Shown in pieces: positions 12,246-25,014 of a DNA stretch of 64,000 bases; within the stretch, counting starts at the first letter, position 1; each line of letters starts with the position of its first letter. Both the position numbers and the translations under genes were made by a program. The notes beneath the pieces were generated by a model that was given only the letters and a program-made list of their open reading frames with translations, was not told the origin of the DNA and did no database searches. The stretch spans positions 301,010,001-301,074,000 of the forward strand of contig OZ024741.1 in NCBI GenBank assembly GCA_964016885.1, in the 5' to 3' direction. Source of the stretch: Eledone cirrhosa (lineage: Eukaryota).

Positions 12246-15200
12246 AACAAGTAAATGATGGGTTTATTGTGTTGTATCAGATGAAAGAATGGTATTTAAC
12301 TAATGTATAGGTACGCGATGGGGCCCACCCACAGCCCCGGCGGACAGAATGGAGAAGGCATTTCCCCGGAGGACGGCAAGGGAGACGCGCTGTAAAAGCC
12401 ATTCCAACTCGCGGGGCTCACACCAACGGCTGGCCAGCTCAGCGCCTATGGTGGTGAGTAAGGAGGTAGCCCTGGGGCCCAGGACACCAGAAGTTTCCAC
12501 TGCCAGGGGAACGACCAGAAACCTGTCGGAGAGGGACCGGTATTTGAGGAGTTTGGCCCCCTCAGCCCGACGTGAAGCAGAACCTGGGTCAGTCGCAGAC
12601 TGCACCAGGTTGCGCCTGCAGAAAGTGTCGGTGCAAGTGGCATCCCAGACGAGGGTTTGCTACCGCGGAACGGGAAGATGGTCATGCCATCTGGCCTTTT
12701 GCCGTTCCCTCGATCCAGCCCCACCGACTCGAGCTTGGAAGGGAAGCCTGCAGCGTCCAAGCCACGTTTAATGACCACGTTGAGGGCAGTATGGCGTGGA
12801 ATTAGGCCGGCACTGTGGCGAAAGGAAAGCGGGTCGATGCCGAAAGAGTTCACGGTGGAACCGTAGCGACATTGGTGTGACTGGCAGATCCGGAGGCCGA
12901 GCCTCAGGGAAACGCTGATTCGCAGGCTATGGTTGTCTAGCAGCGTGCCAGTGGAGAAGGAGGGCATAGCATGCGCCAGGCACCACTGTGGGGTTTGGAG
13001 GCCGCACGAAAACAAGCAAGGCGGTGCTGGTCGAGCTGGTGCGTGAGCCTGTCTGAGGCCAGGCTGCACTGGATGGCATCCCAAGTGCGTTGGGTGACTT
13101 GACGTCAACAGGGGGAGAAGGAGGAGGGACGTCTACTGGGCTAAGTCCCAGCCAGTCCCACGTCTCACAGGCGGCCTCACGTTCTCTGAACACAGAGGGT
13201 TCTGCTGTGTTTTGAAGAACCCTACTGGCGAGGACGCGGCACGAGGTTACCGACGAAAGATACGCCGGCAAACTAGTGAGATCGGGGACCGGAGGCCTAG
13301 GCCGCCATACCTGACCAGTAAAGTGGCCTGTTGCCACCCTATGTCGTCAAACTTGATGTTGCATATCCTCTCGGCTGCTGCTCGGAGACAAGTATCGAGG
13401 TCAGCGAGGAGAGATGCCTGGGTGTAGGATGGAGTGCAGCGGAGTGTATAGAGAGCTTCGGCATGGCGAAGCAGGTCCTAAGCAGAAAGAGAGCTGCGTG
13501 GCCGTCAATCAAGCCCAGTCGGCTCGTGAGAATCTGGAGCTGTTGAAGTCTGGACCTGATGGTGAAGCGGATAGCCGGCGGGTGGATCGGTGACCCGAGG
13601 ATGAGGACATCCTCTTTGGGGGTCGCTGAACCTGGCGGAGAATGGACCGCAAGTCCAAGACGGAGGCTGCAAAGCTCGCAGCATCGATCCTGACGTTCAT
13701 CACCTCCGACTTGGCCGAGTTGACCTGGAGGCCGATTCCCGCCAGGGCAGGAATCACCGATTGAAGGTCTTGGCAGACCGTCCGTACGGGCCCGCCCAAC
13801 GTAGCATCATCCAGATACCAAACGTTGAGAGGGGCCGTGATACTACGGGTGATGTGATCAATACCAAGGGCGACCAGGTGGGGTCCCAAAGGGTCGCCCT
13901 GTTGGACCCCAGTAGCCTAGGGTATGACTGTATCAGCAGCTAGGAGCATGCTCGGGGCTCCATATGACAGGAGGGCCAGCGGGTAGACAGAGGGGGTTCG
14001 GCTGAGGCAGGCCTCGAACAGATGATCCCGTCGTAAAGAGTTAAAGGCATTCCTCATGTCAAGTTGACAATGAGATGCCTGGAGTCCCTGGATGCCGATA
14101 CCGATGGGCAGCTGCTGAAGAACTGCCTGATTGCATGAGAGGCTCCCTTACAGCCACCGGGCACGCCGACACCCGGTTGCACCGGACTAAACTCCTCACC
14201 CAGTTCGTGTGTGACGGACTTGCAGATCACCCTGGCAGCTAGCCTCCGGAAGACATTGCCCAGAGCAATGGGGCGTATGCCACCCTCTTTCTTCCTGAGA
14301 GCGGTGAGGCTGGCCGAAAAAAAGAGGCCTCGGGCGTAAGGGTCGAGGGTACCATGATTGAGCCTATTGGTGAGCGCCACAATTGCACTCAGAAGGCGGC
14401 GCCCGGCCTCAGCGGAGAGGGGGGGATGTCACCTCCTTGAGGTGGCCTGGTCCGAGACCATCAACACCTCCGCAGCTGCTAGCTGGGAAGGACCTGATGG
14501 CGGACATGATTTCTGCATCAGTAGCCACAAGGAGCAGGTGGGGTCGGGTGGGTGTATGGATCTGAGATCAGTGGGTGGCTCAGGGTGTTTGAGCCGCAGA
14601 GCAGCCATGATCTCCTCGGTGGGTGGGTGGACAGTGTCCTCTGAGGCAACAACTCTGACTGCGGCCGAGACATCACCCATGATAAGCTTTGCGTTTACCT
14701 GGTCACGCAAACGTTTGGCGCTGGCCTCGGGGGTTGAGGATAGGGGTATCTGAGGGTGTGGTGTGTGGCGTCCCTGGGCACGCTTGGAATGACGAGACAT
14801 TGGCCTTCACGAAGGCTGCTGTTGAGCGGCCACCCTGGTCAGCGCCAGAGCTGGGGTGGCCGAGGGCGAGTGGGGCAAAATAGAACAGCCGCTCCCAGTC
14901 ACTGGCTCGATTGGAGTCCAGGGCGCTCTCAATTGAGGAAGCGAGGGCATCGGCTATCGGCACCGATGTCGTTCTCGGGATCCTGAGTGGGATTTTCCGG
15001 AGCCGTCTGAGCCGAGCGATGTTGACAAGCGTGGCTCGGGCGTCAGGCAAGCTCGCTGTCCCATCTGGTGGTGGGCCAGACGGCTGTAGCTGGGAAGACG
15101 TGGGGAAGAGGCAGCTCCTGCACCCCCACCCTGCGAGGGCATTGGAAGCTCGACGAGTCAAGCCAACGCAGGTGAGGTGGTGGAAGCAGCCGCACCCCAA

Positions 15201-15575
15201 ACAGTTCCGGCTCCTCTTCCGTTTGTTAGTGGTGCCGCAAGTGCTGCAGGTGTCGATTTGGAGGGGTGGGGACGGGCGTGGGGCCGGGGACTGGGGCACC
15301 GAGCGGCATCATGGGTGGGTGGCTGGTATATGTAAGTGGAAGGGAAAGAGCTGGTAAGATGGCAGCATAGCTCATCTATATATATGAAGGTGCCAGAAAA
15401 CGAGAGCGAAAAGGGGCTGTATGCAGGGGGAGACACAGGAAGGTAGAATGGCAGTAAATGAATGAGTGAATGGATGGATGTACACAAACAAAAAAGGGGG
15501 GGGGGACAATGGGTTGTTCCCAGCGGAAAGACCCAGAGTTCAGCACGCACACATGCGAGCAACTGAGCAGTTTGT
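12246..15575 (-). mobile_element. CRE-clade-like non-LTR retrotransposon (PHD finger - RT - RLE), frameshifted
   Basis: PHD-like C4HC3 in ORF 14703-15299. GGIRPIALG and WYLDDATLGG RT motifs. RH...KRPDGMT and VPLAVETSG...QRVSLAVLRGNA RLE motifs. GC-rich block with AATAAA near its 3' end. Confidence 0.85.
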
Positions 15576-16280
15576 CATAGACGATATTCTCAATGGACGC
15601 GCTTACAATATTTGAATATAACTGAACCGTCGTGGCATTTAATTTGAAAAGTGGAGCAAAGTAAATGGAAAATAGTGAATTTGGAGTGTCAATCCCTTGT
15701 GATTTTTTTTTTCAATACCGGACTTACAGTTTTCCAGGATTTATACTCTTATTTTTTTTTTTTTTCCTTCAAAAGGATGGAGGTGTTTTATCTCATGAAA
15801 CTGACATTACTTAATGATGTTCGTCATCTATGGCTTATTCATATGTATTATTTCATAACTCTATAGAACTATTAGAAAGTTTGTGCAGTGTTCTGTGACC
15901 AGCCAGGTTTGTACAACAGGTAAGAAAAATGATGATTCGGTGACGGTTTCTTCTGATAGGAGCCTCTTCCACGTCGGAAGATCGAAGTGTGTTTTCTTGT
16001 CTTCTTCAATACTTTCATAAACGGCTTCGAAGATTTAAAACTTGTTTCAATTGGTGCTTCCATTTCCACACGGTCCTATTGTCTTATTTACAAAAATATA
16101 TATTTCTATATATTTCTTTATTTATTTCTCTTCTTTTAGTATAATATAGCGAGGTGTCACCAGTGATGTTTGAAGTTCCTTTTGTAATGTTTATCAGTGA
16201 TTGACCAACAATTAAAACTATAGATTATTTTATAAGAAGAGGTCAATTGCAAATTAAAATAATACCTGGCCCAGAACGTA

Positions 16281-16852
16281 TTGTATTTATTTACTTTCTT
16301 CTTAACTCCGTAGCGGAGATTCATTCGGTCTCCTAGTTAGAATTTAGTCTACAACTTCTGCTATACCATTTACGTGGTTTTGTCTCTGCGTGCTATTGTT
16401 CTCCACGCTCCCTCCACATACGACGTATTATCTTCGTTTTTTTCGTTCATTGCCAGAGAACGTCTCTATGCACCACCTAAGAGAACATTAGTCTACGACC
16501 TTTTTTATACCATAAACGTGGTTCTGTCTTTGCGCGTAATTGTTTTTCACCGCTCCTATTAATGACGTATTATATTCGTTTTTTCCCGTTCTTTGCCAGC
16601 GAACGTTACCACGAACCAAAGTATCGTCTTCCTCCGGCTGCAACTTTTTTTTTAAATATCCAGTTCTGCGTTTACAGATTGACTTTGTTAGGTTCAGAAG
16701 ATCCCGTTAAGGGTGAACGCAGCGATTCTTTGCTTAAACTTTAATCTGTTATTTTAATAAATATTTGCTCTACGGTTCTTATATATTTGATATATATTTA
16801 TCCTTATCGAACCCTCTTTGGATTTTAGTCTTCAAATTTATTATTATTACTG
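16281..16852 (+). repeat. PLE family A pseudo-LTR copy, inverted relative to 9124-9700
   Basis: Reverse-complement match to 9124-9700. Ends TTTATTATTATTACTG before (TA)n. Confidence 0.88.
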
Positions 16853-17159
16853 TATATATATATATACATATGTATATATATATACGTCTCTATACATATA
16901 TGTATGTACGTATACATACTTATATATATATATACATATGTATATATATATATATATAAGTATGTATACGTACATACATATATGTATAGAGACGTACAGT
17001 AGTATGTATATATATATACATGCACACATATATATATGTATGTATGGATTTACCGAGCATTTATTATAATGCTCGGTTTGTTTGTAAACAAACATCCCGA
17101 ATTAAGCCGTACAGTGTTTAGCAACCATCGTTGCCCTTTTGTTCAATACTGACAAAGGA

Positions 17160-17202
17160 ACGATGTACTAGTTTCAAGCTTACTAGCTATCGTCAGCACC
17201 GT
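17160..17202 (-). ncRNA. Hammerhead ribozyme, solo
   Basis: rc: ACGGTG-CTGACGA-T-AGCT AGTA AGCT-T-GAAAC-TA-GTA|CATCGT. 6-bp stem I, palindromic ACTAGT stem III. Confidence 0.85.
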
Positions 17203-17976
17203 ATACCTTCCTACCAGATGATTGAACGTCTGAAAGTATATACTTTCCTTATGCATATTAACGGCTGAGCAGCCTAATTTGCATATCGAGTGAGTTAATC
17301 GGTCGGGCGCACCGAAAACGATAAATGAAAAAAATTATATATATATATAAGATAAGTGTATGTGTGTTGTGCGTATGTTTGCCTCTTTCTCTCTTTCTCA
17401 TACGCCGCAAATATATACATATATACATATATATGTGTGTATGTGTGTGTGTCTGTGTGAGAGAGAGGCGGGAGTGAGAGGTAATGATAGGCAGAACACA
17501 GATAGATGTATAGATTATAAGAGAAACATATTACGATATAGGCATTCATTATCATATGACATAAGTCTACAACATTTATCAAGACAACGTAATATTAGCC
17601 TTCTTTGAATAGTTTATGGCCATCACTATACGGATTGGCATTGCAATGTATTCTCTTCTGTTATCACTGAATACACGCACAGAAACAAACCTGCACGGCT
17701 TATTTACTTACAATATAATATTATTTCTTCACATTTATCAACTATTTCTCTATGTAAACATATATTTTATTTACTAAGACCCCCAAACCATCGTCAACTA
17801 ATTCATATAGATGGCAATTTCCCTCTTCTTATGTATTTTCTTAACGTTTATCTAAACGCTGAAATGTATTTATTTAATGCCTCTTCTGTTAATGATCTTT
17901 GCTCAATGCAAATCATTTATCATGAAATCCCTTTTATCTGTGTAAACTCTCATTTCTTATCTGAGAGCGCGCGCGC

Positions 17977-18226
<250 letters not shown>

Positions 18227-19536
18227 ATTCAGAAAAGCTCAGAAATAAACAGCGCTCCAAATACTTCAGACAGCCTGGAAGTCAGGGTTGCAAGGATCTC
18301 CACACGTGGATCTGTTCCTAGCCAATATTATACATAAAATTATTTATATCATCAAGAGTAAGTACCGGGGGGATATATGAAACTCCTGTCACCCGTCACT
18401 TCCGCTACCCCAATCAGTCAAGTCAAGATCTTTCTTGTTCCGGCCTTATCTCCTACAATGGACCATCAACCATTTGCTTCATGATGGTTGTAAATGCTCA
18501 CCAAAGTTACTATGACCTCAATTCACATTCGCTCTACACACATTCACACATGTATACTCACACATCAGAATGGCATACGAACAACCGACACCAACTCGCA
18601 TATACACTCATACAACCCTCTAAAATCATGCACACTCACCTCAACGGTTCCACAACTCACATGATGCAGCCTTCTATGTAGACTGACTTATGTATGGACA
18701 CACACATACACACGCAAACACATTCCTGTATCATACATTTATATTCACCTTTCCACTTCTACTTCATACACCAATTATTCTATTTGCAATTTCGCCCTCT
18801 CTACATACATTTAGAGCATTGTATGTGTTTGTATGAGCGTATATGTATGTATATACATATGTATGTATGTGTAGATATTCTTGCGCTTGTGGGCTTATAC
18901 GCTACACATCACTATAGGGATCTCAACTATTCAGAAACTAATTAAACTTACACATATCACATGTATTTGCTTGAGAAAAAGAAAGAGTTAAAGAAAGAAA
19001 TAATGAGAAGTAAGTCGCTTTACAAATATTGCAAAATACAAAAGAAAAAGCGCCTAAAAATGATGAAACCCTATTTCTATATAAATCTTAATTATTTTGA
19101 GAGTAAATTCCTTATTCCAGTAAATGTGTGGTTGCGTAATTCTTAACCTTGGGATACATATTCTTCCTGATCGCGTAACATTACTGCGGGGACTGTGCCA
19201 TTGTACAATAGTCGATCAGTAAGATATCGAAAACATGCTGAAGCGTGGTTTGTTTTCTTATCACACACATAGAAAAATCATTATTCATTTTACTCTTCTG
19301 CGACACTACAACATTAATTAGAAGAATAACTACAGCAAAACAACAATAACAGGAACAACGGTAACAGCAGCAGTAACTAATGCTCAGCAGATTCCCTCTC
19401 TATAATCATCATATCATCACCATCTATTGTTAATACTATTACTACCACTTCTAGCAACAAAGCGATTTTCTATCTTCATTTGAATATGGTATGACATAAT
19501 AACGGAGCCAACTAGAAAAGATACTCCGTATATATT

Positions 19537-19656
<120 letters not shown>

Positions 19657-19786
19657 GAAGTTCTATTTAAATTGTTGGGATACAGCAAGCAAAAATGTTT
19701 ATAACTGATATAAAGCACTCAACAAATTATTGGAGTAAAAATACGATATATTAACAAATGGAAACTATATTTATAAAACCATATTT

Positions 19787-19849
19787 ATTTCATTATACAT
19801 ATTTCAAGGACACCAAGTTAAATTATGGTGTGCTTTCATCAGATAAAAT
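19787..19849 (-). ncRNA. Hammerhead ribozyme (left arm copy)
   Basis: Reverse complement of 19988-20050. Confidence 0.8.
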
Positions 19850-19987
19850 ATAATATAGAGCAGTTTTATAAATAAATATTGACATACCCTTAAAGAATGC
19901 GACCATTTCTGTTGTGAGCTTCCAACAGAAATGGTGGCATTCTTTAAGGGTATGTCAATATTTATTTATAAAACTGCTCTATATTAT

Positions 19988-20050
19988 ATTTTATCTGATG
20001 AAAGCACACCATAATTTAACTTGGTGTCCTTGAAATATGTATAATGAAAT
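19988..20050 (+). ncRNA. Type I hammerhead ribozyme
   Basis: ATTTTAT-CTGATGA-AAGcACACC..GGTGTcCTT-GAAA-TATGTAT-A|ATGAAAT. 7-bp stem I with one G-U pair. Confidence 0.82.
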
Positions 20051-20115
20051 AAATATGGTTTTACAAATATAGTTTCCATTTGTTAATATATCGTATATAT
20101 ATATATATATATATA

Positions 20116-21225
20116 TATTTATAAGTCGTTTGGAAGCCTCGACAATGCAAATGGGTAAATCTCCGGGTAACAGGGTCCGGTGTAGGAGAGAGAGAGATAT
20201 GTAAGTGGGTGTACGTTGAGATGCGTGGTGTGTATAAGATGTGTGAGATGTGTAGAATGAAGGGAAGAGTGAAAGGGTAAAAATAATAATAACAACACAA
20301 GAGAGAGAGAGTTACCTTGGGAGAGATTTAATAGTCCCTATATATTTCGGATTCACATCCATCAACTGGGGTTTTTTTTCCGGGGTGGGGGAAAAGGTTG
20401 TCTGTCGGACAATTCGGAACGCGTCTTTCGCTGTTTGTGATTTGAATATTTGAGGTATTCGGTCGGGCGCGCGTGCGCGTGAAATGGGGTCGGTCGTACA
20501 AACGACTACAACCGCAATTAAACAGCCGTTTAGAGAGAAGCGAAATGAAATGGCTGGTTTAAGTTAACAAGCGATGCAACAACACACAACACACGCAAAC
20601 ACACACACACGCAAACGAGACAACTACACACACACACGCACACACACACACAATAGCATTCCACCATACGAACATATTACACTGCCAATACAGATGAACA
20701 AGACAACTACACACGCACACACACACACTCAAGCGAGACAACAACACACGCACACACACACACAGTAACATTTAACAAGCATGCAGAGAATGGACTGACA
20801 GCAAGCGCCATCCCACTCCCTCATTCGGCCGTTGACTTCTGTACGACCGACACCATTTCACGCGCACGCGCGCCCGACCAAATACCTCAAATATTCAAAT
20901 CACAAGCAGCGAAAGACGCGTTCCGAATTGTCCGACAGAAAACCTTTTCCCCCACCCCGGAAAAAAACCCCCAGTTGATGGATGTGAATCCGAAATATAT
21001 AGGGACTATTAAATCTCTCCCAAGGTAACTCTCTCTCTCTTGTGTTGTTATTATTATTTTTACCCTTTCACTCTTCCCTTCATTCTACACATCTCACACA
21101 TCTTATACACACCACACATCTCAACGTACATCCACTTACATATCTCTCTCTCTCCTACACCGGACCCTGTTACCCGGAGATTTACCCATTTGCATTGTCG
21201 AGGCTTCCAAACGACTTATAAATAT
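20116..21225. repeat. Fold-back element, ~385 bp inverted arms around a ~340 bp spacer
   Basis: 20116-20500 is the rc of 20840-21225 (mirror ORFs 20061..20300 and 21040..). HHR-shaped motif with altered core at 20968-21005 and its rc at ~20334-20370. Confidence 0.88.
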
Positions 21226-21264
21226 TTACTTATTGTTCCACAATGCTTCAAGCAAACTTCAATA

Positions 21265-21412
<148 letters not shown>

Positions 21413-21495
21413 AAATTGAGGTTGGTAAGAGACAGAATACTTTTTTGTGAAAAAACATATAATTTTATAAGGTAAGGAAATAATAAAGGGTATAA

Positions 21496-21543
21496 AAAAT
21501 GACCGGTTTCGATGGGTCTGCAAAAGCCATCTTTTCAAATGTT
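21496..21543 (-). ncRNA. Hammerhead ribozyme, U3-A8 variant (inverted pLTR copy)
   Basis: Reverse complement of 24346-24393. Confidence 0.65.
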
Positions 21544-21953
21544 GATTAATATTAAGAAAAATTAATAATACGAAGAGTTAAAATTTGAGATTTGAAAATT
21601 CAAGTATAAAATTCATTGTGGGATTTCATAGTAGTTTTCATCTAGGTAGCAACAACAAGTTGACTGCTGTGTCCCTTTCTGGTAGTGAATGAGAAGTTAT
21701 TTGGGGTGTGGGTTATTTTATAAAGGTCACATTTAGCAATGGCCAACTGGCCAGCTGCTGGTCAGTGAGGGGGTGGAAGCAATATACATACAACTATGGA
21801 ATAACAGCAGTCCAATACTGGCTTAACACACACCCATGAGAAATACCGACACGCATCAACACAGATTTTATCACTGACGGACTCCGCTTTATCCTACAAA
21901 ATAACTACTTCACATTCAATGGTTCAACATACAGACAAGTATCAGGTACGGCA

Positions 21954-23144
21954 ATGGGCACGAAAGTAGCACCCACATATGCCAACCTAGTCATGGGATT
22001 CCATGAACAACAAATATACAGTCAATCCCTTCTCTTATTTGGAGACTCTTTCCACACACACCTCAAAGCCAATTGGAAAAGATATCTAGACGACTGCTTT
22101 ATCCTATGGCAAGAAGACATGAACTCACTTACTATGTTTAAAAACATGATAAACAACATAGATAATAACATACAATTCACAATGGAATCCAATCCTAAGG
22201 AATTAGACTTCTTGGATATTCTCATCTCTGTAATAGACGGGAAATTAGATACAGATATATTCTATAAACCCACAGATTCCAAGCAATACCTCTTTTTCAC
22301 ATCAAGTCACCCAAAACATACAAAACTTAACATTCCTTACAATTTGGCCAAACGTATATGTACCATAGTATCAGATCCACCTAAACGGGAGCAAAGACTA
22401 AAGGAACTAAAAGACACCCTTATCTTAAGAGCCTTTCCACTTGAAATAATCAACAATGGAATAGACAGGGCAAAACACCTAAATCCCCATCAACTTAACA
22501 ATCCAAAACAGAAAACCACACTCAACACCCTGCCATATGTATCCACTTTCAACCCCAGAAATACCGAAATGTTTGATCACCTACACAAAAACCTCCCCAT
22601 CCTACTTAAAGATGTAAAAATGAAGTCTATTCTTGAAACACACAAGATCCTTAAAAGTAAAAGACAACCCAAATCACATAAACGCATTCTCACTGGACCA
22701 AATATACTCAAACCAATCCTCAACCCTACAGTTACCAAATGTGGTAGAACAAACTGTGGAACGTGCCTCTACCTCACTGAAGGACAAACATTTACATTCA
22801 AAGATGGCCAAACATTTACAGTAAAAAACAATTTCACCTGCAACTCGGAGAACTTGATTTACGCAATAACTTGCGGTGGGTGCAAACACAACTACATAGG
22901 ACAGACGGGCACCTCATTACGCAAAAGAATGACCATCCACCGCCAACAAATCCGGGAAGCTAACACAAGAAAAATCCCCTTGAGCAGCCATATTGCGAAC
23001 TGCGCAGGAATGACACTACCCAACTTTAAAATCTTCCCCTTCTACAAGTGCCCAGATTCGTTCACACAGCAACAAAGAATAAACAAAGAAAATCTATTCC
23101 TTAACAAATTTAAACCAAAACTAAACGGGTTATTACCCCAATAG
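21954..23144 (+). CDS. PLE RT C-terminal half + GIY-YIG endonuclease
   Basis: GTAMGTKVAPTYANL, WKRYLDDCF, LDFLDI, DIFYKPTD, SSHP, KCGRTNCGTC linker, NLIYAITC...NYIGQT..LRKRMTIH. Confidence 0.93.
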   Translation: MGTKVAPTYANLVMGFHEQQIYSQSLLLFGDSFHTHLKANWKRYLDDCFILWQEDMNSLTMFKNMINNIDNNIQFTMESNPKELDFLDILISVIDGKLDTDIFYKPTDSKQYLFFTSSHPKHTKLNIPYNLAKRICTIVSDPPKREQRLKELKDTLILRAFPLEIINNGIDRAKHLNPHQLNNPKQKTTLNTLPYVSTFNPRNTEMFDHLHKNLPILLKDVKMKSILETHKILKSKRQPKSHKRILTGPNILKPILNPTVTKCGRTNCGTCLYLTEGQTFTFKDGQTFTVKNNFTCNSENLIYAITCGGCKHNYIGQTGTSLRKRMTIHRQQIREANTRKIPLSSHIANCAGMTLPNFKIFPFYKCPDSFTQQQRINKENLFLNKFKPKLNGLLPQ

Positions 23145-23479
23145 AATTGTCATAAAATATAAACACACATACGCACGGAATCACTACTATTAAAGACCAG
23201 AGACCAATTCTGTAGAATCAGGTTTATTCGTTGACAGACCATGCCTTTGTGTGACCAACACATCCATGTTAAACCCTGCACGTGCACACACATATATCTA
23301 TATATATATATGCGCACACAGAATTCACCACTGTCGGTTGCGGGGCCCAATCTACATGAAGAACTCAATGTGATCAGAATGACTTGTATTTTAATTTCAC
23401 TGTCCCAACTTCTTATATTATGGAAAAAATATATGTGAATGTATGTATATATATATATATTTGGAGGCCATTTCTCTGT

Positions 23480-23599
23480 GTGTCGGTGTATGTATGTGTA
23501 TATGTGTGTGTGTGTATGTGTGTGCATGTCGATGTATGTATTGTGTGTGCGTGTGTGTATGTGTGTATGTATGTGTGTATCTGGATGTATGCGTATGTG

Positions 23600-23634
<35 letters not shown>

Positions 23635-23767
23635 ATATATATATGTGTGTGTATGTCTATATATATGTGTGTGTGTGTGTATGTTTGTATGTGTGTATGT
23701 ATATATATGTGTGTGTGTGTATGTATGTGTGGGTGTGTGTGTATATATATATATATATATATGTGTG

Positions 23768-23800
<33 letters not shown>

Positions 23801-24030
23801 ATGTATGTGTGTATCTGGATGTATGTATGTATATATATGTGTGTGTGTGTATATATATATATATATGTGTGTGTATGTGTATATATGTGTGTGTGTGTGT
23901 GTACGTGTGTATGTATATGTATGTGTGTGTGTATGTATGTGTGTATATGTATATATATATATATATATATGTATATGTGGATGTATATGTATAGGTATGT
24001 ATGTGTGGATGAAGGTATGTGTGTATATAT
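23480..24030. repeat. Compound (TA)/(TG) microsatellite inside the PLE 3' UTR
   Basis: Direct observation. Source of the spurious ORFs 23384-24204. Confidence 0.95.
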
Positions 24031-24345
24031 AGGTGTAAGTGCACTAAATCCCTTTCTATCACGCTCCACTCTCCTACCCACCACAGGAAGATATATGTAT
24101 GTATATTGCTTCCACCCCCTCACTGACCAGCAGCTGGCCAGTTGGCCATTGCTAAATGTGACCTTTATAAAATAACCCACAACCCCAAATAACTTCTCAT
24201 TCACTACCAGAAAGGGACACAGCAGTCAACTTGTTGTTGCTACCTAGATGAAAACTACTATGAAATCCCACAATGAATTTTATACTTGAATTTTCAAATC
24301 TCAAATTTTAACTCTTCGTATTATTAATTTTTCTTAATATTAATC

Positions 24346-24393
24346 AACATTTGAAAAGATGGCTTTTGCAGACCCATCGAAACCGGTCATTTT
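24346..24393 (+). ncRNA. Hammerhead ribozyme, U3-A8 variant
   Basis: AAcAT-TTGAAAA-GATGG..CCATC-GAAAC-CG-GTC|ATtTT. Palindromic ACCGGT stem III. Stem I has one mismatch. Confidence 0.68.
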
Positions 24394-24695
24394 TTATACC
24401 CTTTATTATTTCCTTACCTTATAAAATTATATGTTTTTTCACAAAAAAGTATTCTGTCTCTTATATATTCCATGTGCCATTACCAACCTCAATTTTCTCT
24501 ATAACCTTCGTTTTGTGTAGAAAATTACACTTTTCATATGTATATATATATATATAAAAACAATCGTTTCCGCTGAACCGGTGCGTACAACTCACGTTCT
24601 ATGCAAATTAGTCTGCCCACTACTAATTTTCATAGAAAAAGCATATAACGATATGTGCTTTTACGATTCTCTAGAGAGGCCGGGGGATGGGTTAT

Positions 24696-24738
24696 ATATT
24701 GCTGATGAGATGTAATAACATCGAAACTAGTCCAATAT
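24696..24738 (+). ncRNA. Canonical minimal type I hammerhead ribozyme, solo
   Basis: ATATTG-CTGATGA-GATGT AATA ACATC-GAAAC-TA-GTC|CAATAT. All stems perfect, palindromic ACTAGT stem III. Confidence 0.93.
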
Positions 24739-24960
24739 TCCTGTATGGCTCTCTGGAGAATAGAGGAAAGGTGTTTCCTTGAAAACCCGTATGACTCTAA
24801 AACCCGGTTTGTCTGTTTGGTTACATACAGACTAGCTGGACACTCACAGTAAAGTGTCCAGTGAAAAACTCGGTACATGTACATATGTATACGTGTGTGT
24901 ATTTATATGCATACTAGTATTTCAGTATACATATGTGGATGTACACTTTTAACTTAATTG

Positions 24961-24999
<39 letters not shown>

Positions 25000-25014
25000 A
25001 ATATATATATTTTT

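Larger units (their letters stand above)
19741..20095. repeat. Fold-back element with one HHR per arm
   Basis: Arms ~19741-19914 and ~19923-20095 are near-perfect inverted copies around the loop TGAGCTTC. Confidence 0.92.
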
